A stretch of 64,000 nucleotides of DNA from an uncultured Verrucomicrobiae bacterium (lineage in GTDB: Bacteria > Verrucomicrobiota > Verrucomicrobiia > Chthoniobacterales > UBA10450): positions 44,733 through 108,732 of the forward strand of contig CAVUGV010000018.1 of assembly GCA_963741065.1 (NCBI GenBank). The letters are read 5' to 3'. Of the stretch, positions 19,727 to 30,924 are shown piece after piece. The notes under the pieces are model-generated. The model was given only the letters and a program-made list of their open reading frames with translations. It was not told where the DNA came from and searched no databases. The first letter of the stretch is position 1. Each line of letters opens with the position of its first letter. The translations under genes and the position numbers were made by a program.

Positions 19727-22700
19727 ATGCCTATGAACGCAAGCGCGCTAATCACCCGATCAGTTCAACTGGCTGTCCGGCCGTTTGTCCTTCTCTGGGC
19801 GTTTCTCAAGAAGATCGCTCTCGCGGTCTTCGGCAGATTGCACTGGAGCCCGCCGCACTGGCTTACACGAAGCCGCGCTGCCACGTCCGATTTTCATCGC
19901 GCGCATCCCCGCATCACGGCGTCCGGGATCGTCACGATTTTTCTGTTGTTGTGCGGCGCAGCCTGGACATTGCATTGGTATCAACATCGGCCCATCCCGC
20001 ACAAAGTTACGGCGACGATCGCCTCTCCGTCGGTTACCAAGCTCGAGAAAGAACTCAAATATCCGCCGCTCTTTGTCCGGTTCAGCGAACCCGCGGCGCG
20101 TCTGGAGGATTTGAAGAAACCATCGCTGTCAGGCGTCCAGGCTCGAACCAAAGATCAATGGCGCGTGGTCATGGAACTCGGACAAGGAACTGGCTTTTCG
20201 GCCAACGCAAGACTGGCCGGCCGATCAAAAATTCAAAATCACTTTCGACAAGAAATTTTTCCCGCCGCAGGTTTTGATGGAGCGCCTTGCCTACGAGTTC
20301 CAGACGCCACCATTCGACGTCGCCATCAAAGAACTTCAGCTCTACCAGGACCCGGCCAATCCGACGCAACGCCAAATCACGGCTACGCTTGAACTCACCC
20401 ATGCGGTTGAGCCCGGCGAGTTAGATCGGCATATCCAGCTGCAGATGATCGGCGGATCGAACGTTTTTCCGCCGTCAGAGTCGTCGCCGCATTTCACGAT
20501 CAGCTATGGGTTGCACAACCGTCTGGCGTATCTGCGCAGCTCGAACGTGACTCTGCCAGAGCGGGAGGATTTCATGAAGCTCTACCTGAGCAAAGGCGTG
20601 CGCACATCGCAGGGCGGCGCGCAAACACGGAACTCCGCAGAGGATAAGGTGCGCATTCCATCACAGGAAACCGCGTTTCAGATCGATTCGATCACCGGCA
20701 CGATCGCGCGAAATAAGAATGGCGAGCCGGAGCAGGTGCTGATCTTAAGTACAACGGCCGATATCAGCAGTAGCGAGCTGGCCAAGGCTGTTCAAATACG
20801 TCTGCTGCCGAAACGCAACGCCGAAACGACTGAAGAAAGCGAAACCGAAGCGACCGGAGAAACCGATTCGCAAAGTCCCGACTCGGAAACGGCTGAGCAA
20901 AGTAACCAAAGCAGCCAGACCGGCGCATCGGGAGACGAGGAGGCGGAGGAGGGGGAAGAACCCGATCAAGCCTCAAAATGGCAGAGTCCTGCCGAGGTGC
21001 CGGACGATGTCCTCGAGCAAGCCAAACAAATCGAATTCACGGTTGTGCCTCTCGGAAAAGGCGCAAGATCGGCAACACGCTTTTAAGATACAGATCGAAT
21101 CGGAGGGCGAGCTTTACGTCCGCGTCCCGAAAGGCGTGCGCGCGCCTGGCGATTACCGATTGGCGGAAGACTACAACGCAGTCGTCGCCGTGCCGCAGTT
21201 GCCGCGCGAAGTGCAGATCGAAGGTCAAGGCGGCTTGCTCGCGTTGAGCGGTGAACGGAAATTGTCCATCCGTTCACGCGCTCTGGCGGCGATCGAATTC
21301 GAAATCGCGCGTGTTGCTACCACTCAGATCAATCACCTCGTCAGCCAGACCCAGGGCAAATTCGAGGACCCTGAATTTCGCGATTCACATTTATTCAATC
21401 AGGAAAATATCTCGCGTATCGGAATCGAGCACCAACCGATTGCGGTCGAAAACAAATGGAAAGCGAATTATTCGGCGTTCGATTTCTCCGAGCATCTTCG
21501 CAAGCCAGCCGATGGCGGAAGCGAGCGCGGGCTTTTCTTTCTGACCGCGCGCGGCTGGGACCCGGCGAAAAAGAAACCAATCAACTCAGCTACGGACAGC
21601 AGATTTCTTCTCATCACGGACATCGGAATTTTAACGAAGAAAAACACCGATGGCAGCAGCGACGTCTTTTTGATGTCGATCAAAAATGGCCAGCCGCTCG
21701 GCGGCGCGACGGTTGACATCCTGGGCAAGAACGGCGTGCCGATCCAGACGGCCAAAACGGCGGCGGATGGTCATTGCACTTTTCCATCCGTTGAAAAATC
21801 CGAGCGCGAAAAATTGCCGGTGGCGTTCGTGGCGCGCAATGGCGACGACGTCGCGTTCATGCCGTTCGCGCGCGAAGACCGCGTCCTGAATTTTTCGCGC
21901 TTTGAAATTGAAGGGGCGGAGAACATCGCCGCCGGAAGGTCTCGACGCGTTCGTTTTCACCGAGCGCGGTGTGTATCGGCCCGGGGACGAAATTCACATC
22001 GGGCTGGTGGTGAAGCAGCGAAGCTGGGGCGGCAATCTCAAAGGCTTGCCCATTGAAACCGAAGTGCATCGATGCGCGCGACCTGCGGGTCCAGACTAAG
22101 AAGCTCACCTTGCCGGAGACCGGGTTCACCGAACTGAGCTATCAAACCGCCAACGAATCGCCGACCGGCCTTTACACCGTCAATGTGTACCTGATCAAAA
22201 ATAACAAGCGCTCGAGTTTGCTCGGTTCCGCCACAGCTCAGGTGAAGGAATTTCTGCCCGACCGCATGAAAATCGAGACGCGGCTGTCCAAAGCTGCCCC
22301 GCGCGGCTGGATTCATCCCAGCGAAATGCATGCTTCCGTTGCCTTGGCCAACCTTTATGGCACGCCCGCAACCGATCGGCGTGTGACCGGCAAACTCGAA
22401 CTCGCACCGGCGGCATTTTCATTTCCGGAATTTCGCGACTTCACTTTTTTCGACCCGCTCTTTGACGAAAACAAAACTCGACAAGAGCAAACGGTCGATC
22501 TCGGCGAAACGAAAACCGACAGCGAAGGCCACGCCGATTTTGACCTGCAACTGGAACGGTTCGCCGACGCGACGTACGCGATGCGATTTATCGCTGAAGG
22601 CTTCGAAGGCGAAGGCGGAAGGAGCGTCATGGGCGACGTCGGCGCGCTGGTCTCTGCTCTGCCTTACGTGATCGGCTACAAAGCCGACGGCGACCTTCGT

Positions 22701-25655
22701 TACATCGACATGAAAAGACCGCGCGCGATCGACCTCGTCGCAGTCGATCCGCAACTCAATCGCATCGCCATCGAAAACGTCACTCTCAACCTCATCGTCC
22801 AGGAATACGTTTCCGTGCTGAAGAAACAGGAGAACGGCAATTACGCTTACGAGTCCGTCCTGAAAGAGCGGCCGGTGAAATCGGAAAAAATCTCGGTCGC
22901 GGCCAGTGGCTATCATTACGCGCTTCCCACCGATGAACCGGGCAATTATGTGATCGAGCTGCGCGACGATCAGAATCGCGCGTTAAGCAAGTTGCGTTTT
23001 TCGGTCGTGGGGCAAGCTGCGCATGGCCGGGGCTCTGGAGAAAAACGCCGAACTGGAAATTAAACTTAACGCCAAAGAGTACAATGCCGGGGATGAAATT
23101 GCAGTAAGCGTGACGGCGCCATACAGCGGCTACGGTCTGATCACGATCGAGCGGGAAAAGGTTTACGGTTACAGTTGGTTTCAAACCAACACCCCCAGCA
23201 GCATCCAGCACATTCATCTGCCTCAGGAGTTTGAGGGCAGCGGCTATATCAATGTCGCCTTTGTGCGGGCGCTCGATTCCAAGGAAATTTTTGTCAGCCC
23301 GCTCAGTTACGGCGTCGTCCCGTTCAAGGCCAATATCGAAAAACGCCGACTGAAGATCGACCTGCAAGCCGCAGCCAAAGCGAAGCCCGGCGAACCGTTG
23401 CACATCGGGTACAAAACCGACCGTCCCAGCAAGATTGTCATTTTCGCGGTCGATCAAGGAATTTTGCAGGTCACTAACTACAAGACGCCTGATCCGCTCG
23501 CTTATCTCTTTCGCAAGTGCGCGCTCGGCGTCGAGACGGCGCAGATTGTCGATCTTATCATTCCGGAATTTTCGTTGCTCCGTTCTCTCTCAGCTTTTGG
23601 CGGCGGCGAGGAAGGGGCACAGAGATTGAATCCGTTCAAGCGCGTCACGGAAAAACCGGTGGTGTTTTGGTCTGGCATCATCGATGCCGACGCCACTGCT
23701 CGTGAAGTTGTCTATGATGTGCCCGACTTTTTCGACGGCACACTCAAGATAATGGCGGTCGGTGTTTCGACCGAAACAACCGGCTCAGCCGAACGGGACG
23801 CACTCATTCGCGGGCCTTTTGTCATTACGCCGAGCGCGCCGGTGTTGACCGCTCCCGGCGACGAATTTGAGGCCGGCGTAACGGTCGCCAATAATGTGGA
23901 AGGTTCCGGCGCGGACGCGGAGATCGAGCTTCGCGTCGAGACGTCTGCGCAATTGTCGGTCTTGGGCGCGTCCACCCAAAAATTGCGAGTCGCCGAAGGG
24001 CGCGAGCAGAGCGCAAAACTGCGCTTCCACGTCAACGACGCGCTCGGCTCTGGCGAGATCAGATTTGTAGCCAGCCGAAATGGGATCGAGACACGCCGGC
24101 GCGCCACCCTGAGCGTGCGGCCACCCGTTCCGTATGCAACCGATGTTCGCAGCGGGAATTTCAAAAAAGGAAACGCGGATGTTCCGATTACGCGTGAGAT
24201 CTATTCCGAGTTCGCCAAACGCGAAGCTGCGGTTGCAGCCGTCCCGCTGGGTTTGGCGCACGGTCTTTACGCTTTTCTCAAGGATTTTCCCCACGGCTGC
24301 AGCGAGCAACTCACCAGCGGCGCATTCTGCCGGCTGCTGCTCTCGGACGAGGCCGATTTCGGGCTCAGTCGCGCAGAGGCAAATACACAGATCGAAAAAG
24401 TCTTTGGGATTCTGCGACGCCGGCAAAACGATCAAGGCGCGTTCGGTTATTGGGCGCCGGAAACTGACGAGAAGATCAGTTTCAATTCTGTTTACGTAAT
24501 GGATTTTCTGAGCGCGGCGAAAACAGCCGGCTTTGCTCCGCCAGCGGACATGTTCGCGAGCGGGTTGCGCTATTTGCAAAAGATGGTCGCGCGCGAACCC
24601 TCGACCCTGGCCGACGCGCGGACCATCGCCTACGGGATTTATGTACCTCACCCGCGAAGGCGTCGTCACCACCAATTACGTCCTTAATCTGCGCGATTAT
24701 CTCGACCAGCATCAGACCGATATATGGCAGAACGATGTCACCGGCGTTTATCTCGCGGGCGCGCTCAAACTTCTGCACAAGGACAAAGAGGCCGAAGATT
24801 TGATCGCCGCCTACAAGATTGGCGAGGCATCGGGCCGAGAGTACGACGACTTTTGCCAACCGCTCGGCGCAAACGCGCAATATATCGCCATACTCGCGCG
24901 CGCCTTTCCGGAGCGGTTGAAGAAAATTTCAGGAGGGGAATTCGAGCAAGTTCTCCAGCCGATCGGGCGCGGCCGAATTCAACACGCTCTCGGCCGCCTA
25001 CGCTGTTTCGGCGCTGAAATCGTACTCGCACATGATCGCGCAAAAGCTGCCCCAGCTCAGCATTATCGAAATTCACCGTGACAAGCGGGAAGTTGGCCTA
25101 ACGAGCGGCTCAAAGTTGCTGCAACGGACGGCATTTTCCAAAGACGCGATTGCGATTCGCTTCAAAAGCACCGGAACGCTCAGCGGTCCCGGCGCATTTT
25201 TCCAGGTCGTCGAAGCGGGATACGATCGACATGCGCCGGGACAACCGGTGACGGCCGGATTGGAAGTTCATCGCGAGTTACTGGACAAAAACGATAAGCC
25301 GGTGACGCAGACAAAACTCGGCGAACCGATTCATGTCCGGCTGTATGCGCGCACTGTGCGCGACCAACCGGTCACCAATGTTGCCATTGTCGATCTTCTT
25401 CCCGGCGGATTCGAAGTTGTCGGGTCATCCTTGCAACCGGGTGTTTCAACAATTTCCGGCGTCGATTATGTCGATGTGCGCGAAGATCGCGCTGTCTTCT
25501 ACGGAACCGTGTCCGGCAGCGCGCTCGAGATCAATTATCAGATCAAATCTACTAATCGCGGCGAGTTCACAGTGCCGCCCATTTTCGCCGAGGCGATGTA
25601 CGAGCGAAACATCAAAGGCCGCGGTATCGGGGGGAAGATCAGCGTGACGGAATAG
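19727..25655 (+). pseudogene. bacterial alpha-2-macroglobulin (YfhM-like) with thioester motif. As read: at least 6 frame changes
   Basis: Seven consecutive ORFs in frames 2,0,1,0,1,2,0 form one roughly 1970-aa MG-domain protein. Thioester GCSEQ at 24295-24309. N-terminal TM anchor. Followed by pbpC as in the classical pair. Confidence 0.8.
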
Positions 25656-25674
25656 CACTTGGAGCAACGCGAAA

Positions 25675-28046
25675 ATGAAAAACCGTGTCATCCCGAACGC
25701 AGTGAGGGACCTCTCAAGAGGACATGGGTTACACAAATTACTGTGTGTGATCCGCGCTTCGTGGGTGATGTCCCTCGCGTTGCTCGGGATGACCGTGTGG
25801 TTCGCCTGGCTGCTACTCCCGAAGCCGCCGTTGCTTGAGGGCATCTCATTTTCCCAATGCGTTCGTGATCGCAACGGAAAACTGCTGCGCGTCACGCTGA
25901 GCGGTGACCAGAAATTCCGCATCTGGACACCGCTGCGCGAGATTTCAACCGCATTGATCGATGCGACGCTGCGATTTGAAGACAAATATTACCGGCATCA
26001 CCCCGGAGTTAACCCGCTGGCATTACTGCGTTCGGCTTTGAATCTGCGACCAGGTCACGCACATAACGGAGCCTCCACCATTACGATGCAACTGGCTCGG
26101 TTGCGTTATCATCTGCGCACCCGCACCCTCAGCGGAAAGTTTGTTCAAATTGTTCGCGCGCTTGAACTGGAGCGGCATTACTCGAAGGACTGAAATTCTT
26201 GAAGCCTACCTCAATCTCGCGCCCTACGGGCGGAACATCGAAGGCGTGGGCGCGGCCAGTCAGATTTATTTTGGCAAGACTGCCGCGCATTTAACCAGGC
26301 CTGAATCAATTTCGCTGAGCGTCATTCCGCAAAGCCCGACCCGACGCGCGTTGTTTGTCGATCAGGATAACGGCGCGCTCAACGCCGCGTTATCGCGATT
26401 CGGCAGGCGAGACGCACGCCTGCCCTACAGCCAGGATGACTATGCTACTCTGGCGCGCGATTTTCGACCGCGCGCTTTAAGCGAACACAAACTTCTCGCC
26501 CCGCACTTTGTTCAGCAGGTGCTGGCGGCCGAGAAAGGCCGCGACGAAATCGTCACCACGCTCGATCTGGCAAAGCAGCAATTAATCGAGCGGCGGATCG
26601 CCGATTATGTTCGAACAAATCGCGGTCGCGGAATTCAGAATGCTGCCGCCCTGCTGGTCGATGCGCGCAACATGGATGTGCTGGCACAGGTCGGCTCGGC
26701 CGATTTCTTCAACGCTGACATACAAGGACAAGTGGACGGAACACGCGCGCCACGTTCACCCGGTTCCACTCTGAAACCGTTCGTCTATGCGCTCGCCCTC
26801 GAGCAGGGATTGATTCATCCATTGTCGATCCTGTCGGATGCGCCCCACAGTTTCGCGGACTACAATCCGGAAAATTTCGATCGCGAATTCGTCGGCCCCA
26901 TCCGCGCCAGTGACGCGCTCGCACGCAGTCGCAATCTTCCAGCGGTCGAACTCGCATCCCAGTTGCGTCATCCCACACTGTATGAATTCCTCCGGGGCGC
27001 GGGCATTAAATTGCCGCGCTCGGAACCGCTTTATGGATTGGCGCTTCCGCTGGGCGGGGCCGAAGTCACAATGGAAGACTTGGTGCGACTTTACGCTGCG
27101 CTGGCCAATAACGGAGAACTGCGTCCGCTTCGCCGCACATCGCGCGAGCTAATCGCGGCGCGGGGCCACTCGATCATGATGCCGGAAGCGGCGTTCCTGA
27201 CCCTGGAGATGCTTAACTTGCCACGACCCGAAATGGGCCGCGCTTATGCGGACCATGCCGCGCCGGTTTTTTGGAAAACGGGGACCTCCCATGGTTTTCG
27301 CGACGCATGGTCAATCGCCGTTTTCAATCACTATGTGCTCGCGGTTTGGATCGGAAATTTTGACGGCCGCGCCAATGGAACTTTTGTCGGGCGAATCGCC
27401 GCCGCTCCTCTCTTGTTTCAAATCATCGATAGTTTGCGCATGAGTTGGCCGGAACCGAACCAGCCGCATCTTCCGCCTCCGGGCGCAAATTTGAAACGTG
27501 TCTCTTTTTGCGCCGTCTCGGGCGATTTACCTGGGCCGTATTGCACTCAACAAGTCGAGGGATGGTTTATTCCCGGAATTTCTCCGATCAAACCCTGCGA
27601 TGTGCATCAGGAAGTGCTCGTCGATGCCATGAGCGGACTCCGCGTGGCGCAGGGATGACGGAACGCGCCAGCTCCGCCGTGAAGTCTATGAATTTTGGCC
27701 GACGGAGTTGTTGTCGATCTTTCGCCGGGCTGGAGTGCCGAGAAAATTGCCGCCGCCATTTTTGCCCGGAACGACTGCGGAATTCGTCGCGCGCAGTGGA
27801 AATGCGCCGCGAATCGTTTCGCCACCTGATGGGCAAAAGATTTTGCCGGCACCGGCCGGCGCAATACCCTTGCAAGCCAGGGCGGACGCTGATGTGCGCG
27901 AGATTTACTGGTTCGCGGGCAAAACCTTTATCGGCAGAGCCCCGCCGCAGGAAGTAATTTCATGGAAGGCGTCGGCAGGCCGATACGAATTGATCGCCTT
28001 GGACGACCATGGCCGCTCGGGCTCATCCGCGATTACGGTGCAATAG
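25675..28046 (+). CDS. pbpC: penicillin-binding protein 1C (transglycosylase/transpeptidase); two frame breaks (about 26150-26190, about 27655-27710); likely start ATG 25768
   Basis: GT51 motifs RFEDKYYRHHPGVNP, GASTITMQLARL, ILEAYLNLAPYG. Transpeptidase motifs STLKP, KTGTS. C-terminal PbpC-type domain (..IYWFAGKTFIG..). TM helix MSLALLGMTVWFAWLLL. Confidence 0.85.
25687..25793. repeat. family-B inverted-repeat element, copy B2, overlapping the pbpC start
   Basis: gtcatcccgaacgcagtgagggacctc ... gatgtccctcgcgttgctcgggatgac. The right arm contains ATG 25768 and the first TM codons of PbpC. Confidence 0.8.
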
Positions 28047-28171
28047 GAACACACATTTCAACGTCACCACTAACCTGAATACTGATCTCAAATTGAAGGA
28101 AGAAATCGGCCACATGATGGACTCGGTGCACCGGATGTCAGAGATAGAAGTCGAAAAGATAGAGAAGGAAT

Positions 28172-28627
28172 GTGAGAACATCGGAACTGAATTCATTCGC
28201 GTCTGACCGGGTGATTCGGAGGTGCGCTTGGTTAGCCGGAATTTTGGTTCTGTTGTTCTTTCCAAACGCTTTTGCACAGAGCGAGTTTTCGACATTTTGG
28301 AAAAAATTTGGATCCGCGGTAATCACTGGCGATAAAGCAACAGTTGCGGAGATGGCAAAATTCCCACTGTCGATGCCTGCCTTTCAAAAGGCCGTAAAGA
28401 ACAGGGCCGATTTTTTGCGCCGTTATAATGAAATTTTTAGAGGCGAGGCCAATGCCGCCCAATGTTTTGCAACCGCCGAACCGCGAAAAGAATCCGACCG
28501 GCGGTGTGAGATCTATTGTCCTTTTAAAGAAACTCCGGGCGACCGCGAGAACGCACCAATTCGCTTCGAGTTCGAATTGACCAAAAGCGGCTGGAAATTT
28601 GCCGGTCTCGACAACATTAATGAATGA
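28172..28627 (+). CDS. hypothetical secreted protein
   Basis: 151-aa ORF with a signal-like segment WLAGILVLLFFPNAFAQ. No family recognised. Start uncertain. Confidence 0.45.
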   Translation: MRTSELNSFASDRVIRRCAWLAGILVLLFFPNAFAQSEFSTFWKKFGSAVITGDKATVAEMAKFPLSMPAFQKAVKNRADFLRRYNEIFRGEANAAQCFATAEPRKESDRRCEIYCPFKETPGDRENAPIRFEFELTKSGWKFAGLDNINE

Positions 28628-28746
28628 CGCGCATTAACGCCAAAGATTCAGACACGAATTTGAAACTCGCTCGCTCCCGCGCTGCTCCGGGCTCGATCCG
28701 CTTCGGAACGATCCGCATTTCCAGAACGAGGTGTAAAAAACTGCGA

Positions 28747-29055
28747 ATGGCAAAATCCAAAAAGAACAACAACAAAGCGAAGCTCAACCTGACGGTGCGT
28801 GAGGAGCAACGAAACAAACTGGAGCAAATGGCATCTTTAGAGAGCCGTTCCGTCTCCAATCTTATCGAGGTTATGGCCGATGAACGCTGGGAGCGATTGG
28901 TCGAGCAGCAGGGCGTTGCTTACGCTAAAACCGTCGCGGAGGCGATGAACCTCAAACTCGAAATGGACAATCCAGCAGACCGCGAGAAATTGCGCCGAGC
29001 AGTTCTCGAGCTTGTCGCCGGGAGAAAAATGCCAAAGCAAAAACGGAATGGTTGA
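28747..29055 (+). CDS. ribbon-helix-helix (CopG/Arc-like) DNA-binding protein
   Basis: From ATG 28747: MAKSKKNNNKAKLNLTVREEQRNKLEQMASLESRSVSNLIEVM.., a basic tail plus beta-strand and two helices typical of RHH. Paralog at 34584-34900. Confidence 0.6.
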   Translation: MAKSKKNNNKAKLNLTVREEQRNKLEQMASLESRSVSNLIEVMADERWERLVEQQGVAYAKTVAEAMNLKLEMDNPADREKLRRAVLELVAGRKMPKQKRNG

Positions 29056-29084
29056 AATTCTCTCGTTCTCTTTCTGGCAAGCAT

Positions 29085-29272
29085 TTGCAGTTCGATTCAT
29101 CTCCGATGCGCTGCCATTCGGTCGCCTTTGGTATGCCGAACAAAACGCAGTCAGCAACGCAATCGACTACGCGAAGTTTCGCAGTCGGTCACACGATGCT
29201 GTGATTCGCGTTTACGATGAGGCGGGGAATGTGATTGAAAAGCACGAGCACAAGAGCGATTTCAAACAGTGG
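29085..29272 (+). pseudogene. 5'-truncated copy (a) of a small conserved hypothetical gene family (..ISDALPFGRLWY..HDAVIRVYD.AGNVIE.HEH..DFK.W)
   Basis: ISDALPFGRLWYAEQNAVSNAIDYAKFRSRSHDAVIRVYDEAGNVIEKHEHKSDFKQW. Lacks the N-terminal roughly 17 codons seen at 31472-31555. The stop is replaced by TCA. Confidence 0.5.
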
Positions 29273-29883
29273 TCAGGCGGAATTATCGCTTACTGTTCGG
29301 GCCTCTGGCCGGAGCCATTCTTGCTTTTGGCATAGCTGGCTTGGCCCTGCTGATTCCGGGGTATAGCCACGTGCGCCAGACGGTCAGCGAGATTGGAGAA
29401 ATTGGCTCGCCAGCCAGAGTTCCCTTCGCCATCATGTTATTTTGCGTTGCAGCCTGCATCTTGGTGTTCGCCTCGGCTGTTCGCGATATGTCAGTTGCGG
29501 CCCATCACTCCCGATTGGCCGCATACGTAATTGGGTTCATGGCGTTGCCGGCTGCAGGGATAGGACTGTTTGCCTACCCGCATCCACTTCATAACCTTTT
29601 CGGAATGTCGGAATTGATCGGATACCAAGCGCCACTCGTCTTGGCGCTCACATGGAGACGCGGCCCACGAGCGAAAACTCTCGTCGTGCTTTCATGGATA
29701 CTGTTTGCGCTCATATGGGGCGCAATCGCCTTGAACTTAAGCGCATTTGCCGCTCCAGTTTGGGCTTACGTGAAGCCTGTTCATGGCCTTGCACAAAGAG
29801 CACTCTTCGCCGCCTGGTTCGGCTGGTGTGCGGTAGTAGGTATATTACTGTTCCAGCGAAAGTGGCAGATCTCCGCCCAGTGA
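29269..29883 (+). CDS. DUF998-like integral membrane protein
   Basis: 204-aa ORF with six hydrophobic segments and an IPGYSHVRQTVSEIGE motif that I associate with DUF998. Confidence 0.55.
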   Translation: MVRRNYRLLFGPLAGAILAFGIAGLALLIPGYSHVRQTVSEIGEIGSPARVPFAIMLFCVAACILVFASAVRDMSVAAHHSRLAAYVIGFMALPAAGIGLFAYPHPLHNLFGMSELIGYQAPLVLALTWRRGPRAKTLVVLSWILFALIWGAIALNLSAFAAPVWAYVKPVHGLAQRALFAAWFGWCAVVGILLFQRKWQISAQ

Positions 29884-29994
29884 GATTACGGCAAGTTTCG
29901 CAGCCACTCACATGATGCAGTGATTCGGGTTTACGATTCAGCGGGCAACGTGATCGAGACGCACGAGCACGCGGGCGATTTCAAAGAGTGGTGA
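29884..29994 (+). pseudogene. 3' fragment (b) of the same small gene family
   Basis: DYGKFRSHSHDAVIRVYDSAGNVIETHEHAGDFKEW-stop. 108 nt parallel to 29165-29272. Begins immediately after the DUF998 stop codon. Confidence 0.55.
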
Positions 29995-30062
29995 GCCAAT
30001 CGTGTTTGGCATTTTGAGCCAAACAAAAAGTCCGCCCCCGCGGCCACGTGAGCAGAAAAATT

Positions 30063-30677
30063 TCATATTTGGATGGCCTTCAGTTTGGGGAGGCGAAGCG
30101 CCGCGAACTGCACGTGACATTCATTTGCGTTTTCGCTCTTTCTCTTTGCAGGGCAGTCGTGGCAGAGCAGCCTCTTCCACCAACTGCTGTTGTTGGATTT
30201 AGAAGTGAGGCCGGCGTAGCGAAAGATCGTTCGCCGGCTGCGAATATCGACGCAGATTGTGCGCTCATAGGTTTGAAAGAAATGCCGATTACGCCCGTGG
30301 ACGCAAAGCACCACGCGCTCGAGGTCGCGCGAGGGGAAATCAGCGGTCTTGCCGTGGAGCGAGCCGCCCTCATACATGACTTCGAGCGCTGTAAGGACCC
30401 TGCCCTCCTCGACATCGTCGAGTTTGACAGATTCATCTGGGAACTGGACTGGAATCGCCGTCATGTTGAAATCAACAAAAAGTGCTTAGCTGTTGCCCAC
30501 GGCATCTTGTCGCGGCAGTGCTTCAATTACGAAACACCGTTTCGTGCGGCCACGATCGCGAATTCCTTCAATTACCTCCCTGCTGATAACAACATTGCCG
30601 TCGGTGGCGTGAGCGATTATCCACGGACGTAGCATGTCGGTGAATTTCTCTGGTTTTTTCTTTCGTTTTTCGTTCAT
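30063..30677 (-). CDS. hypothetical protein interrupted by one in-frame TAA (30486-30488)
   Basis: ORFs 30486-30677 and 30063-30464 share a frame. MNEKRKKKPEKF.. looks like a genuine basic N-terminus. No family recognised. A 194-aa ORF on the opposite strand competes. Confidence 0.35.
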
Positions 30678-30721
30678 GATTTTTGTTCGTTCGTTTAACT
30701 TTTACTTTCTAAATTTGTCAT

Positions 30722-30901
30722 CTACGCGTTTTTGAAATCGACAAAAGGTGTCGCAGTCAAGAGCAGTTCCATCAGGCGCGCCTCGTAAGAATCACAGACG
30801 GGGGACTCGCCATTTGGCTGGACCCATTCGGGATGTTGAATCCGCAGATCGTCGTGAATCTGGTGCCGCAGCTCGGCGTAGGTGTGGATTTGGTCAGACA
30901 T
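30722..30901 (-). CDS. small hypothetical protein (59 aa)
   Basis: MSDQIHTYAELRHQIHDDLRIQHPEWVQPNGESPVCDSYEARLMELLL.. No family recognised. Confidence 0.35.
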   Translation of the reverse strand: MSDQIHTYAELRHQIHDDLRIQHPEWVQPNGESPVCDSYEARLMELLLTATPFVDFKNA

Positions 30902-30924
30902 GGCAATTTGCTTTGGTGAAAGGT

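Noticed and set aside
29939-29949. 11-nt match (AGCGGGCAACG) to the tRNA-Gly att core inside small-family fragment (b)
   Set aside because: It falls in the conserved codons SAGNVIE of the family; copy (a) has GCGGGGAATGTG there. The match is short enough to be chance and shows no extension into flanking tRNA sequence.
30048-30632. 194-aa plus-strand ORF
   Set aside because: It competes with the minus-strand reading, which has a convincing basic N-terminus and a more gene-like codon pattern. Neither has recognisable homology, so this rejection is tentative.
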